DNA of 63,940 nt, filler included, from Chiloscyllium plagiosum (lineage: Eukaryota): NCBI RefSeq assembly GCF_004010195.1. It is 4 parts of one record of this genome, joined end to end, with 100 filler letters (N's around TTAATTAATTAA, not from the genome) between each part and the next. Parts side by side here need not be neighbours in the genome. Positions count along the whole stretch, not along the records: positions 59,493 to 63,940 come from NC_057712.1; 3 more parts are not named here. One strand, given 5' to 3'. The number at the start of each line of letters is the position of its first letter. Position 1 is the stretch's first letter. A model generated the notes under the pieces. That model was not told the DNA's origin, did no database searches, and saw only the letters and a list, made by a program, of their open reading frames with translations. Positions 63,718 through 63,940 of the stretch are shown in pieces. Both the position numbers and the translations under genes were made by a program.

Positions 63718-63940
63718 AGCTGAAAATGTGTTGCTGGAAAAGCGCAGCAGGTCAGGCAGCATCCAACAAGGAGGAGAAATGACGTTTCGGGCATAAGCCC
63801 TTCTTCAGGAATGAGGAGGGTGTGCAAAGCAGGCTAGGATAAAAGGTAGGGAGGAGGGACTTGGGGGAGGGGCATTGGGAATGCGATAGGTGGAAGGAGG
63901 TTAAGGTGAGGGTGATAGGCCGGAGAGGGGGTGGGGGCGG
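63718..63940 (-). mobile_element. PLE family A arm with hammerhead core and 3' UTR, continues off the right edge
   Basis: AGCTGAAAATGTGTTGCTGG start as at 38988; minus cattc CTGAAGA A GGGC ttat GCCC GAAA CG TC (63781-63813). Confidence 0.88.

Noticed and set aside
1..63940. CRISPR array, prokaryotic operon or defence system
   Set aside because: No regularly spaced repeat-spacer array or prokaryotic gene structure; the DNA is vertebrate repeat-rich sequence

Overview
Eukaryotic, repeat-dominated intergenic or intronic DNA from a cartilaginous fish. The HE1 V-SINEs, HER1/CR1 LINEs and SacSINE1-like DeuSINEs point to a shark; a bamboo shark (Chiloscyllium-like) is my inference from repeat style only. 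No host protein-coding exon could be supported, and nearly every listed ORF is a fragment or antisense read of a retroelement. Contents: many CR1/HER1 copies (one near full length with ORF1 esterase and ORF2), L2-like, Rex1/Babar, L1 and Tx1-clade LINEs, two related solo LTRs, SINEs, a Penelope-like (PLE) RT fragment, and three artificial 100-bp gap linkers (N44-TTAATTAATTAA-N44). Two signals stand out. (1) About a dozen short PLE-terminus insertions from three families carry minimal type-I hammerhead ribozyme motifs. Several are compact fold-backs with 13-14 bp target-site duplications, a fixed ~33-40 nt asymmetric tail, and inversion points that fall at the ribozyme core. (2) A young Tx1-clade (Keno-like) LINE is capped at its 5' end by a U2 snRNA fragment lacking the branch-point recognition sequence, with no sign of a U2 gene around it. 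Coordinates of old, diverged repeats are approximate. Family names come from recalled motifs, not database searches.
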